DNA of 61,785 nucleotides, counting the filler, from Choristocarpus tenellus KU-1152 (Eukaryota > Protista > Phaeophyceae): the NCBI GenBank assembly GCA_964200185.2. It is 14 parts of 14 records of this genome, joined end to end, with 100 filler letters (N's around TTAATTAATTAA, not from the genome) between each part and the next. Parts side by side here need not be neighbours in the genome. Positions count along the whole stretch, not along the records: positions 46,675 to 51,090 come from CAXNAD020014655.1; positions 51,191 to 53,692 come from CAXNAD020027279.1; positions 53,793 to 61,785 come from CAXNAD020005292.1; 11 more parts are not named here. One strand, 5' to 3'. The translations under genes were made by a program, and so were the position numbers. The first letter of the stretch is position 1, and every line of letters begins with the position of its first letter. The notes beneath the pieces are model-generated. The model was not told where the DNA came from and searched no databases. It saw only the letters and a program-made list of their open reading frames with translations. Below, piece after piece: positions 48,458 through 61,615 of the stretch.

Positions 48458-51190
48458 AAAATCCTCCACACTTTGCAGTTCTTAGGAAATCTCTCTGAGC
48501 GGTTTTGGGCACTTGTCCAACCTTAAACTCGTCTTCTCGGTTAGGGTTCGTCTTGATCAATCTGGTCCGTGTTGCCCTGTGATTCTCTTCACCACCCTTG
48601 CCTTACCCCCACAGCATCATACAACACGCTGCTATAGAATCATCATACAATTCACAGTTGACGTAGTATTAATACTGATATCCCTACAACAGTTTTCCCT
48701 CGCCAATAACACTCCGAATCGTTACTACTACACACAGGTACATTTGTTGTATTGATAGGACGTTTCAACCATTCAGTCACTTGCTTCTCTTTTGCTTTCG
48801 CAGCCTCTTTTCTGTCCCACGATGTACAGGGAAGAACTGTTACTCTTTCAGTACTTCTGATATTGAATTAGCTTTTCATCGGTTTTTCCTCGGACACATG
48901 TCCAAAATGTCAGAGGGCGCAATAATATATACAGGGAACAATCGCTCGTAAATGGAACATATTTTCACTCATTAATTGCACGTTTTTTTTAAGAGTGGTT
49001 GAGGGAACATCCCAGAGAAAACTTTTTAACGTCCCTCCATTACACATGGTCTCCAATTACCCGACCTGTATATCTTGATAATACACTATCCGCCTCTGTC
49101 CTGTGGGCTGAGTCTCCTCACTGTTCACTGAAGTTGATAAATATAACTACAAATAGGCACCTCGCAAAAAATAGGACTGGTGGACTTCTACTACTTCAGC
49201 AAGGGAATAGCATTGCAAAATGCGTTACTACTACTGTTGAGCAAGCAACTGCTGCGAGCGAACTTTCTCTGTGTTAAATCGACTCTCTTGAATGTGCAAT
49301 GACATATAGAAAATTTGCCTGTCGACCCATGAGAATAGTGTAGCTTGATAGTTAAGAGGGAGGTTGTCTTGAGTCACAGGGGAACAGGTTGAGGATATGA
49401 AAGTAAATCAAGTGAACGAGATTGTTTGTTTGACTTGCTGCATACTATGTGTGGCTTACACAGGACCACAACTTTTTGATGCTGAGGATTCCAAACAATT
49501 TTTCCACCTTGGGCCTAAGGTGCTAACAAATCAATAACTTTAATACTATTAACTAGAACACTCCTTTTCGTCGACTGCTCTTTAAGTAGAGGATGATCAC
49601 GCTATAGAAAAATCCTTTGCTTTCAATAGGACCGCGTTAAACAAGTGCCTCGCCAATAACATGCATAATACGGCGTATATACCCTTGCCAACCAGTACCT
49701 CAATTGGGAGGCCCTGGCGAAGGATCTATTAAACGGCATCTACCTGTCTCCCAAACTGACCTTATCTTTGCTATTGCTGGTGAAGAGTTTGGAGCAATTA
49801 TTTGTATAATGATTAGTACAACTCTTTGCTTTTATAGTACGTAATACATAAATCAAACTTTAATGAGAAACGCCATCCACAAATTATCGCTGGAGGTGTG
49901 TGCGGACTGACAACTGTGAGTGGTTGCACAAATAAAGGGGTGCATATCGGAAAGGCATGCAAAACCTAAAGATGAAGCACCTACAAGCCACAACTAATGA
50001 GAAATGAGAAAGAGTGCTTGTCATACATGGAAAAGATGATACCATTGACTCGCTCTGGATTGCACTGATGCATGTACGTGGGGGATGACGGTGCTCACTC
50101 TCCATGTTCTGTCTTTGCATAGTAAATAATAGTCACCACGTCTAGGAAAACACACCTCACTACCTAATCGACAGGTGTGGACTCTCTAAGATACACCGTA
50201 CTTTTCTCCTTCCTGCAATGGGATGTGGTCACCATGACCTCACCAGTAGAAGATGAATCAAAAGTATGCACGGGGATGTTCTTAGTCAGCATTTAAGTAT
50301 AACCATGAAAGATAATTAAGGTACCACAAAAACCATACTAAACAAACGCAGTTTTGCTGGTCCCATCCCATGCCTGGTTAGCACAAGAGGGATCAATGTG
50401 TTTTGTGCCATCAAAGGAATCCCCCTCTCTCCCATATATACATCCTTCTGAATTAGAAATGGCTGGGGTACAAAACATCGCACATTAAAACATTAACTCA
50501 TATCGCACAGGTCCTACATCCCATATTGCTGCCGAACAGTCAGCTTCTTTGCCAGGAACTTGTTCGTACTAGCAACACTTCAGTGAGACTACTCCAGGGT
50601 AATGGACAGGAAGTACAAACCCAATCCAAACATCACCTCGACAACTTTCCCGACCAAAATTATTTTGAAATAGATTGGTCCATCAAGCTCGGATGAAAAC
50701 AAAAAACGCAACGAATATCGAACCCTAAAAGAATACTCACTATTGCAGTCATATATCCTAACGCAGAATCATTACAATGGCCCATTTTGGAGTTATTATG
50801 ATTGACATTTTCACCTAGACGCAGCACATTCGAAGGCAAAACAACCAAGAATGCTCAGATAAACACTCAGGAGTTCAACCCACGTATACAACTGGTCCCA
50901 TGACAAGCAAACACCAATAATAATGCGAAGATGAAGCGCCAGTCCTGATACACTCAAGCATATTATATTGCTCGAACACCTTCTATGAACGTGTCTACAG
51001 GTGTGTTGAGAAGCTTGGCGCACATGAGGCTCGTCGCCGGAAGCTAGCAGTTGAATTACTTGGTAAAGCACACACTGAATTATTAATTGCNNNNNNNNNN
51101 NNNNNNNNNNNNNNNNNNNNNNNNNNNNNNNNNNTTAATTAATTAANNNNNNNNNNNNNNNNNNNNNNNNNNNNNNNNNNNNNNNNNNNN

Positions 51191-51224
<34 letters not shown>

Positions 51225-51559
51225 GGTGGGGGTATTTCATGCTTGTGTGTCTAGAAAGTACACACAAACATACATATATACATAATGATCCATGCATACA
51301 TACATAATCAAGGTGCAAACGGTGTTACACTCACAAAAAAGCCTTCGAATAATGCCATCGTGTGGGTGATCGATTAATCTTTAACTTGCTCTGAAATAAT
51401 AAATTACTTCCATATCTACACACTCAGCCACAATAATAAAATACTATTTGAATAGTCCAGAGTACGATATGTATATCAACAATCTTTCTACCCCCTTCCT
51501 CTTGTTGATATAAGGAGATGAAGCAGTAGCAATAAGGAATACTAAGTCACACCTAATAC

Positions 51560-51624
51560 ATGTATGTATGTATGTATGTATGTATGTATGTATGTATGTA
51601 TGTATGTATGTATGTATGTATGTA
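51560..51624. repeat. (TATG)n microsatellite
   Basis: Read directly from the sequence. Confidence 0.97.
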
Positions 51625-51847
51625 TACCCATTTGTGGGGGAGGAGGAAAGGGGACCAAACAGAGATAGAGACAAACATTTTCAGAGAGATACCCTGATGG
51701 TACCCAGCAAGGGAGGGAGGGAGGAGGGGAGAGAGGCTTAAATATAAAAAACCCATCCCTGACCCTATCCCTATCCCAAGGTACACTTCACATGAAACTA
51801 TTTGGTGATCAAGCACCCCCCCTCCCCTAGTAGAGCACATCGATCAC

Positions 51848-53379
51848 CTTCTTCAGGAGAGTGGCGATGCTCTTATCGGAGGGTGAGACCTCTAGTGCCT
51901 TTACCAGGTCTTTCCTTGCCCCATCCCAGTCTTTCTTTGCAAAAAACGCGTACCCTCTTCGATAGAGGGCTTTCGACGACTCGGGACTGATATCTAGTGC
52001 ATGACCACAGTTATTGATGGCCTGTTGAGTGAGAAAAGTCAAGGGTTAGGGAAATAGTAACAATCAAATTAACAACAAACAACAATAATAAAAAAAGGTC
52101 TCTTTTCTCACAGCCTAAATGGGGGGTTCAGTGGGTCGGTTTGAGGTGTACCTCTGACAGTCATGTGAGTTAAATGTGTTGTACCAAGAGCCATATGGGT
52201 TTCTCTCGGAAGCGTACTGTATCTTAGGGTTAGGGTTACTGTATCTTACTGCCAATGAAGGAGAGTCTGGAGGGTTCTAAGGGGTGGAACACCTTAAAAA
52301 CAAATCAAGGTAAGAGATGGCTACTACATATTTATCCAGAGTGCTCTATGAGGAGGTAGGGATATTCCTCTATGGTTGGTAGATTACAATTATTACAATT
52401 ACCACGGCAGTGTCAGTGCATCATAGACCCTAACCCTAACCCTAACCACAGGATGGTTCATAACTCAATACCCAAGGTACACATGTGACTTGCTCACACA
52501 CACATCAAAATGGAACCAAACTTTTAAAATCTAACCCTAATCATTGAAAATATTACTACTACTATTACCACTACTGCTATGTACTACTACTACTATGAAT
52601 CCTTGTTATCAAACCTATAGAGTACAGCAACCAATCAAACAACAGAATGATATGTACCGGAGGAATGCCTCCGTTCCAACAGAAAAAAGAAAAAGAGAAA
52701 ACTAGTTACTTCACAACTCCCGTATGCCTCTATAAAGTCTCTATAAAGCCTCTATAGAGTCTCCAGATACCAAATCTGGCATATCTTGTGCATTTTCTGG
52801 TCCGCCCCAGGTTCAGTACAGCAGTACCAATAATGCCATCTGTGGTAGCCACAACCCTGAAAAAAATAAAAGTATCACTACCACAGCACACAATCATGTA
52901 TGGCAAAAGAGACTGGGATAAGCAATATTCACTACAGTGGATTACATCTAAAATAAAAGAAATAATACAGGCGTATGTGTGTGTGCCCACCTGAAGACCA
53001 TAACCCTAACCCTAACCCCCATGATAAAAAAATAAAATAAAAACAAAAATTGTCTAAGTCACAACAATGCAAATGCAATGCAACTACCACCCTTACCCCA
53101 CCCTTGTCCTAACCCTAACCTCAATACCACCAGAAAAACGCCTCCAAAAAAGAGTTGCTGAGTACAGAGTATAGATTGTACACTTCATTTCAGTATAGAG
53201 TCCAAGTGCTACAACAATCACTACAAATATGTAGATATATGTATTACACTTGTCTTACTGTTTCAACATTTCAACTTTAGTGTATATTTTTTCCAATCCC
53301 TAACCCTAACCCTAATAAAAAATGAACAAGGGGGTCTTTTTTTGTTCACCTGATCCCAGCTCTCCATTTTAAGATAGCA
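51848..53379 (-). CDS. TPR-domain protein (immunophilin Cyp40/FKBP-type TPR clamp), partial; exons 53379-53350 and 52021-51848
   Basis: Spliced CYLKMESWDQ-AINNCGHALDISPESSKALYRRGYAFFAKKDWDGARKDLVKALEVSPSDKSIATLLKK; canonical phase-0 GT-AG junctions. Confidence 0.88.
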
Positions 53380-53792
53380 CTGATGATTGATCATGATGGT
53401 GGTTCAGTGGTAATTGTCCATACAGCCACCCAAAAGGCATTACCAATGATGAACACACATCACACGTCACATATCACATATTGCATATCACATAAAAAAC
53501 AGTGATTATATATAATATATATACAACATACCCAGTTGAGATGGTTTCACCCAAACCAAGTTGTTGGTCCCATTAACCAGGTCCACAAAACAACAGTGTA
53601 GTGCCCATCACAAGCACAAGCACAAGTGGGTGGAGGTGGGGGCGGGCAGGGGGGGGAGGAGAGGGGTTATTGGGAGATCAGAATTGAGCAAANNNNNNNN
53701 NNNNNNNNNNNNNNNNNNNNNNNNNNNNNNNNNNNNTTAATTAATTAANNNNNNNNNNNNNNNNNNNNNNNNNNNNNNNNNNNNNNNNNNNN

Positions 53793-53879
53793 CGTGCGAC
53801 CAAATCACACCAAAAATGTGAAAATCGAAAAAAGGGTGAAAAACGGACGCCGACATCCCCCCCCCAGATACTTTGACCC
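53793..53879 (-). mobile_element. MITE family C, partial
   Basis: CGTGCGACCAAATCAC…AAAACGGACG…CCCCCAGATACTTTGACCC. Confidence 0.88.
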
Positions 53880-54833
53880 AACATCAGATTTTACCAAAAG
53901 AGGTAGAGATATGAAGGTTTGAATCGTTTTTCAAGGTGAACTCGTGGACTATTTACCCGCTAAGTCGTTGGCGTTTTTCCTTAACAAGTTCACACATATT
54001 TTTTAACCACACTCAAATTGATAATATGATGGGTCCATACACATATGGGGTGGTCAGGGCTTTATCCCTTTTTTTTGTCAAGTTTCGAATGGAAGAAGAT
54101 TCCCCTGCACCTTTTTTTGCATCTCCAAACTTGCTTTCACCATACCCGCAAAAAGAGCAATTGATGTGAATACTCGGGATGGTCATTATAGGTTTGAATC
54201 CTCTATCTTAAGCAGGAAATCGTTAGGATTCCTCGGCCCTCTCAATGGTTCACCCCATAAGCAAATAAAAGTTTGTTTTGAGCTCACTCGGTAGGAGGTG
54301 AATATGTTCCTCGTAGACGGGCACACGGTTTCTGCTCCACATAGTCCAAGAGATTGGAACTGGAGGGAAACTGGACCTCATCACTCCAGAACTCCGGATA
54401 TAAGGGTTATTTAACAACAACACTTGAAGGTGAGAAATCGAGTTTTCATGTTCAAATCAAAAGGATTAGACAGTATACAGATTCCTCAGAATGGAAGTGG
54501 ACAATCCTTTCCTGACAAACACCAGATATTTAACCTTCTACTTTCAGGGACGCAAGGTAATAATTCAAGGAAATGACCCCACAAGGGCAATCACTGATCC
54601 AATTCCTTAAAAAACCCTCCGCCTCAGTGCAGTTCCTCTTGAGACATCTATTGTGGCCTAGCGCAACCCACAACCAAGAATAGGGAACCATAGTTTTCCA
54701 TTTCACATTTAAACTAGCTGAGGCATTGTAACTTGATCAACACAATGACCCAAGCACTTTGGTTCCAAAATTTCATGGGATGTTGTCACCTTGGGGAATT
54801 AAAGGTACAATAAGATGTTTCCCATCACCAACA

Positions 54834-55050
54834 ACTTTGGGGTTCCAACCCTGTTGAGGACAACGTTTCAAGGAAATCCTCCACATTGGCTATATGAGCA
54901 TTTATGGGATATACCCAAATGATTAATGTTTTTCCCTCCATTTCACCATAGTTTTACTATGACCACACTTTGGGGTTCCAACCCTGTTGAGGACAACCTT
55001 TCAAGGAAATCCTCCAAATTGGCTCATTGAAGTATTCTTGGGATACCCAG
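54834..55050. repeat. Local direct duplication (~133-bp spacing)
   Basis: ACTTTGGGGTTCCAACCCTGTTGAGGACAAC-TTTCAAGGAAATCCTCCA at about 54834 and 54967. Confidence 0.85.
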
Positions 55051-55699
55051 ATGATTCTGTTGTAACATTATTTTCTCCCACGGGACTGTCTGCCATGGCA
55101 TGCTGGCCAGTCACATTTTTTCTCGTGTGCAGGCAGAGCTCACACTGGGGGGGGGTGATGTAACGGACAGGCCCCTTGGGAGCTGATCTCAGTCCAGATA
55201 CATATCCGCGCGCACATTTCTTTGTCATTGGTGACTTTCCCGCCAACATCAAACACACAAAAGTTTGAGGACGCTCAGACCACTTACCGTTGAACATTCA
55301 CAAAGATGTGATATCACTTGTCGGATCTGAGACCCCATCAAACCTTTTCCTAAGGCTTGATGTCCAAGAGAGCTTCGGGTTTGCTGGAAGCACCCCACCA
55401 TAACACAACTGGTGATTCTGAACACTCTCCTCGACTGATTGGACCCTGCCTCACGACATACATAATATATAAGAGTGATCAAGAAGAAAGGAGGGAAAGT
55501 TCTTTGGTGTGCACCTCCTTCTTGCTTCATGGTAGTTCTATTTATTCTTAAAGTCTTTACTGTGTTTAAACTATATAGGAAATATGAGTGTTTTTATGGG
55601 TCGAATTAATTGATTTCGACACATCCCTTACAACCAATACTTCGAATTCGTCCAATAGAAACTAGACTCTCTACCACCAAGTATCTAGGATGAGGATGA

Positions 55700-56480
55700 G
55701 GTCCTACCCCACAAGTCGCCAGTGAGGTGCAGGAAACACATTATCAACACCCAACATGCCTGCACCAGCTCTAACGTTGGCCAAATCTGTAGGCGAATGA
55801 CCATCCGTTGCACTAGGGGAAATACCAACCCTTGAACAGTGGACTGGAAATTCTGCATGGATGAGTTGTTCCATTATATATCGGACACTACCTCGTCTAG
55901 CCACTGGGACAAAGGCCTACATCTAGATGTTGCTTTTGCACAGGTCTAGACAGCCTGTCATTTGACAGAATCATCCACCAGCAAGAACGTAATTGCTACT
56001 ACAGCCAAGCCGCGAGAGTGCACTCACTACAACAAGAGATCTTCTTGACCCTTGCAGTTTTAATCTCCACACCTTCGTGGTAGAAAATTTGGGTGCCTTG
56101 GTAAGAAGGCAGAGAGTTTCCTGAATGAGTTGCCCGTCCATGCAGTAGGTACACAAGCGGCTCTGACCCAAAGTATCTGGGGGTGGGGATGGGGATGGTC
56201 TATACTAAGGGTGTCCATTTGGCCAAAATCAGGAATAAGTGCATTTACATTACCCATCCGACGTATGCAACCAAATCACCCAAAAATTGCGAAATGAAAA
56301 AATGGACCCCAAATGGACAGCCGCCACTCCCCCCCCCCCAGATACTTTGAGCCTCTCTCATGACACGCAATTACGTTCCAGCTGAGGGTACCAAGCAGGC
56401 GGGCAAGAAAGGTCTCACAAATTCTTGGGATCCTTCCGTAGCTCCTTGCCCACCTTTTTTGGGCTAGGTTAGAAGCATAT
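55700..56480 (+). mobile_element. CRE-like non-LTR retrotransposon 3' remnant (Zn-knuckle + RLE), interrupted by MITE B
   Basis: Frameshifted peptides TQHAC…RRMTIR…CMD…HWDKGLHLDVAFAQ…ACHL…THY…LHTFVVEN/GCLGKKAESFLNEL follow the RMD…DVT…E-x-x-G-x-L-G layout of CRE-clade endonucleases. Confidence 0.72.
56165..56353 (-). mobile_element. MITE family B, full copy
   Basis: GACCCAAAGTATCTGGGGG…CCCCCCCAGATACTTTGAGCC; flanks cTCT / TCTc. Confidence 0.93.
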
Positions 56481-57269
56481 AAATGTACTATTACATAGTA
56501 GAGAGCAGTCTTCTAGGGGACATTGTTCTGTTAATAGTTTTTTAAATACTACATATATTCGAGAGGTGTACTAGGACTTGAGTTTTTTTTGTCTACAGTA
56601 GTCCTTGTTGTAGAGCTTTTGGTATTGCTTCCCCCCCCCCTGACATACCTGAATATTGTCAGATGACAGCTACTTTGTCCCCTGACTGCCCATTGCCAAT
56701 GCACTCTTAAATACACCAGGAAACAATTGCCGCTTCGTGGCTCTGAAGGTTACAGGCTTAAAGATTGTAGGTGTATAATGGGTTCGTCTCCTTGGTGTCT
56801 GGTGTTGGTGTGGATGTTTGGCTTGGTGGAGTGACATGCATCGCACGATGTAGAATATAAAATATGTACAGAGGTTTCCACGAAAATGGGAATGCGTTTG
56901 CAGTAGTTGAGGCCCCGTAAGATACCCCTTTTATGCCTGACAAGGAGTAGAGAAATCTTGCGACCCCTCAACCGAAAGAAGGGTGAAACCAAGACCTCAA
57001 ATTGAAATATCTGGTAAGACCCTTTCAGTCATAAACTAGGCACACTCACTGGTCAAAAGATATACGAAGTTATGAAAAGAAATAATCCGACGCCGACTGA
57101 AAAAAGTGCAACGGGGGAGCTGCCCCAAAACATCTAGGACGGTTCTCAAAGTACGGCGATATCAAGCGAGTTGTTGTAATGTCTGGGAGGATAGTCAGAA
57201 CATCTCAAGGATTGGAAGGTCTATGAGACCCAAGAGTGTGACAGGGATTAGGGTATGTATTCCTTCCCA

Positions 57270-58030
57270 CACTTCAATCGAAGCAAGCGGCAATTATGTG
57301 CAAAAACAGCCCAAAAGGGGAAGGTTCAAAGTCGTCTTGAATGTACAGTGCCAAATTTGTATCATGAGAAAAAAATGGAGTATTCAGTTGACATGTAAGG
57401 CAGACAACAATCTGTTGTACATGGTACATGATTGTCGTAACATTCAGATTATATTTTGAGAATATCTCACCCCCCTCAAGTTCATCTCGACCAGTCAAAG
57501 ATCAAGCTTGAAAGATATATTATACTTATCATGGCAAAAGAGCCTGACAACCATTCATCTTGCTGGTTGACAAGCTTTTAATAAGTCTTAGGCATCGTCT
57601 TTGAGCCTCGTCATCAGTCCATAGGCTTGATTATTCGAGCTACACATCCCATTGAGCCAAGTTGTTGGGGGGGGGGGGTAGCAAATGATACTGGTTATAT
57701 GTATGCTGGCAGTGATACACGGCTGAAGAGGAATTCTGACCACAAAGGTGTCATAGGCAACGACCTACAAAGATGCTGGTGCAAAGATTCCCATGATAAA
57801 TCCGAAGAAGCAGTGCACACTGTCAACGCAGTTGGGCATCCCGCTGTCCGCTCTATATCTAAGAAGATAAAGAAGGATGGGCTTAGGGCTTCCTCAACCT
57901 ATCTTAAAATGTTTCTTCCTGACGAGTGCAAGCTACCAAAGCTGGAGAGGACACCACCCTGGGTCACTAAGGAACCTGGGGGCTTCAAGGGCTTCTACCA
58001 TTTTGAACTTTGTGCATGCGAATGATAAGT
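57270..58030 (+). pseudogene. Possible decayed DDE transposase
   Basis: Scattered MEYSVDM*GRQQSVVH, EPDNHS, YMYAGSD, CKDSHDKSE, GFKGFYHFE recall the order of ENY..QS.H / SD..H / SDG / SHGK motifs; many stops; recognised by eye only. Confidence 0.25.
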
Positions 58031-59087
58031 GTTTATTCAGGTGCAATTGTGCTCAAAAGTACTACCTCTACGATGACGACAAGCCTCCTGCTCGCAAGGT
58101 GCGGCACAATGGCCGTAGCACTGGAATCCCAACCGATATTATATCTTATACTAGTAGTATGTAGAACATATAATAACATTCGTGTCCTAGTCAGTGGTAT
58201 TCGGGAGCTTACTGGGAATGTTTGCCGCTTATACTTGTTATTATATTTTTTGCTCCCTTTTGCAGCCTCAATGGCTCGAGGCTATTACCAACACCTCTGA
58301 CTTTCGTGGGTTAGTCGACGCAATCAAGAGCCACTGACTTCTTCCTATATGTGTTCGCGTGAGGAGATGCTTTGAAGCACTGTACACACCAAATGTTGCT
58401 ATTAGTGCACATGAAGAATGAATTATGTACGTAACATTATAATGTGTGTAAGACGGTAGATTAGTGATGGATCAGAAAATTGGAATACAGTGATGTTGAA
58501 GAAACATTTTAGGGAATAATTCTATGTTCTGCTGGAAATGTTTCTATCTGTGATACACCGAATCGTGTGAAAGCGTGGTCATGAAGACTAGGAACTACCC
58601 CCCCCTTGTGGATAGGTCTCACTCTTCGCTGTAAACTTAATTAGGCACATTCTACACATCATATCTTCTTGGTAAAGAACCACGCTCTTTAGGAGCGTGC
58701 GAACAATGTGAGTCCAAACTGAGTCAAACAAACTGAGAGGTAGGCACTGTTGCATTGCGGGGATCCCGAGAAGGGGGGGAAATATGCTATCCGGTACAAT
58801 TGGAGAAAGAGCCTTTGCTAGAACACGCTATCACTTTGTGTCTGGAAAAGGGGAATATCAATTTTGCGAGCACTAATGTGCACAAAAAGGAATGAAATGA
58901 AACTTATGCACACAGGATGAACAAGATGGATCAGAGTGTGAAAGGGTCCAAACCTGCCTATGTCTCAATTGGTTTGTCTCAACAATGATTTGGAGTTGCA
59001 TAGTATCCTGTAAATCAGCAAGCTTGGTCTCCGTGATTATTGGTAGTATGAAATACTGCCTTCCTCTGATGATGCATGATAAAGGGT

Positions 59088-59344
59088 GAGCCGAAGTATC
59101 TCAGAGGGTATAGCCGTGTCCATTTGGGGGCCAAAATCCAATGTTGCGATTTGTATGTAATTTGGCTATCGTGTTAGTTAGGAAGTGTCAATATCTATGT
59201 TTCGGACACACCTTTTCACAACGTATACCTTTTATCTACTCCTAAACATTTCGGATTAGGAAAATATCACTAAAAAAACGTGGGAAGCCAAGCCCTAAAA
59301 GGACAAACAGGGAAAAACTCGTACCCTCTAAGATACTTTCACTC
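59088..59344 (+). mobile_element. MITE family A, full copy
   Basis: GAGCCGAAGTATCTCAGAGGG…CCCTCTAAGATACTTTCACTC; TSD GGGT/GGGT. Confidence 0.95.
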
Positions 59345-60361
59345 GGGTAACAATATCTAGTGGCACATGACTCAGCCAACCGAGCAATGGCATGCTGTTT
59401 GACGTTCGTCATGTTAAACGTACTTCTTCTTGTCGTAACTGGTCTCCAAAGGGCTCACATGAGCAAGAAGTCGCACGTTCAAGACGAGCTGCACTTTGCA
59501 TATGCCACGAAAGAAATTGCTCACTCCACATATCTCGCACATACATAAAATAAAGCCTTTTTCTTGTTGAGGAAGAAAAATAGTGCTGTTGTTGGAGGTA
59601 TAGCACTGTTACAGCGTGCCCCAGAACTCACCTCCACAGGATGTACAACTCAAATCCAACGACCTTAGAACGACACAACAGAGGCGTTGCCTTAAAAACT
59701 AGTTCCTTGGGCGTCAGCCTTCTCTCGATACTTCCACTCAGTACCTAGCTCAAAGCTCGACTCAATGTTACGTTCAACGTAAAGACTGATCGAAGAGGTA
59801 AGGATCATCTCATCCAAAAGCCCTTTTCATATGTTCATCATTTGCCCGACCTCTTCAAACTATAAGTCAAAAGCCATCTGCAAGCTGTTGTCTACGTACT
59901 CAAATTATAAAACTTTTTCTCCAACTTCCAGGGATTAACGTCTATTCTGTGAGGTAATGTATACATCTCAAATCTTATTCAAGGTCTCTTATCAATTCGA
60001 CGTTCCTCTTGTATGAATTCTTACATATGTATACTGTCCGCGCATGTTGGCACGCGGAAAGAAATGCCTATGCTATTCGCCTGTAGCACTACTATGTTGG
60101 CACTGACTCGTAGATTTTTGCTGAGAGTAGTGCATTTTTTTTATCCAATGAATGACTGCATTGCAGGAGCTGTGGTGGGTCGCTGCATCAGATGCATTTA
60201 ACGGGGGATATTTTTTTTAGGGACTATGCTGGGTAGACTATAGCAGAGCACATCAAGAACCCTCTTGTCTGTGCATTTATGTTCAATAAAAAATAAAGAA
60301 ATTGAGAAGGAAGAGAGACAACTTTGATTTCATTACGTGGTTGCTTTCCGGAGGAACCCCT

Positions 60362-60401
<40 letters not shown>

Positions 60402-61045
60402 CTATTCTGAGTGGCTGCTGGCCCTTGATTGACACTTTACGTGTAGTAGCTATGAGCATAGTGCTGGGGGCAGTGCAGGAATCGGTAGCGTAAGCAAGCA
60501 TCAAGTACGCCACTTTACCATTTAATTTGCTAATACAGTTAAAAGATAGAATGCATTAAATATCGTCTGTACCCTATTGTTTTTAATACCTGATAGACTA
60601 AATAACCTCACAATACTTCACTGCTACCCGAACAATAAATGCTCTATATTTCTAAATTCCCTTTACCGGGTTATCCATGCAAGTATATTATCACATTCTC
60701 TCTCTCAGTTCATGCTTCACCATGCAAAACCACAAATTACAGCTGCTATATCCCAGCAATGTGAAATTCCTACGCTATTCCAACAATCTCTCAGCACCTA
60801 CAGTAGCTTTACGCCATGTGCTACCTATTGAAAGTAGATTTCCGCCTGTACCATAATGTACTCGTATATAATGTACTCGTATATATGTACTATATCCAAT
60901 TTGAGGAAGAATTACCAAAGTTATGGCCATGTGACTACTACGCCTATTAGTGTGATTCCGTAATACACTGGGGAAGTTGCAACCTCAATGTATATTATAC
61001 CAGCCCTAACCCTTAAGACGACTTGTAACTCTTAACTGTTTAATT

Positions 61046-61216
61046 TGTTACTTTTTTCGCCCCCATTCTATGACAAACTTGTTTGATTAACTTTTCCACT
61101 ACCTCCACCCTGTTTTGCCCCTTGACCCGCATGTTACTTTTTTCGCCCCCATTCTATGACAAACTTGTTTGATTAACTTCTCCACTACCTCCACCCTGTT
61201 TTGCCCCTTGACCCGC
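61046..61216. repeat. 86-bp near-perfect tandem duplication
   Basis: Units at 61046 and 61132 differ at about 1 position. Confidence 0.95.
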
Positions 61217-61615
61217 GTTCAGATGGTAGTGGACATTATACTGCTATTTCTTCTATCTTGTGAACTACCTGTTGTACTGCTACAACTAATTTTTATGTTG
61301 TTGTGCCGTGCTTAACTTGATTTTTTGTCACATGTTAGGTTCAGTCTTCCCATCACTCTTCACTCCCGCCTCTTCCCTCTAATCTGTTCCACACTCCCTC
61401 CCACACACAATGAATTTTCACCACCACGATCCATATCTTTCGGCACGTCCGTTTGTGGTTTAGTGGAAGATAGTAAGAAACAGGTGTACCTTCCCAATGT
61501 ACTCCACAACTGAGGTTCGAACCTGGGTACTCCAGTCACCAGAAGTCGTAGAGGAAAATCCTGTTAAGTTAACTTTAACAATTCAAAATGATAGATCAAG
61601 TGATTTAGAGTTAGT

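Noticed and set aside
49400-49720. Harbinger-like RPKVEKLFGIL motif on the minus strand
   Set aside because: Single short match among many stops; no supporting DDE motifs.
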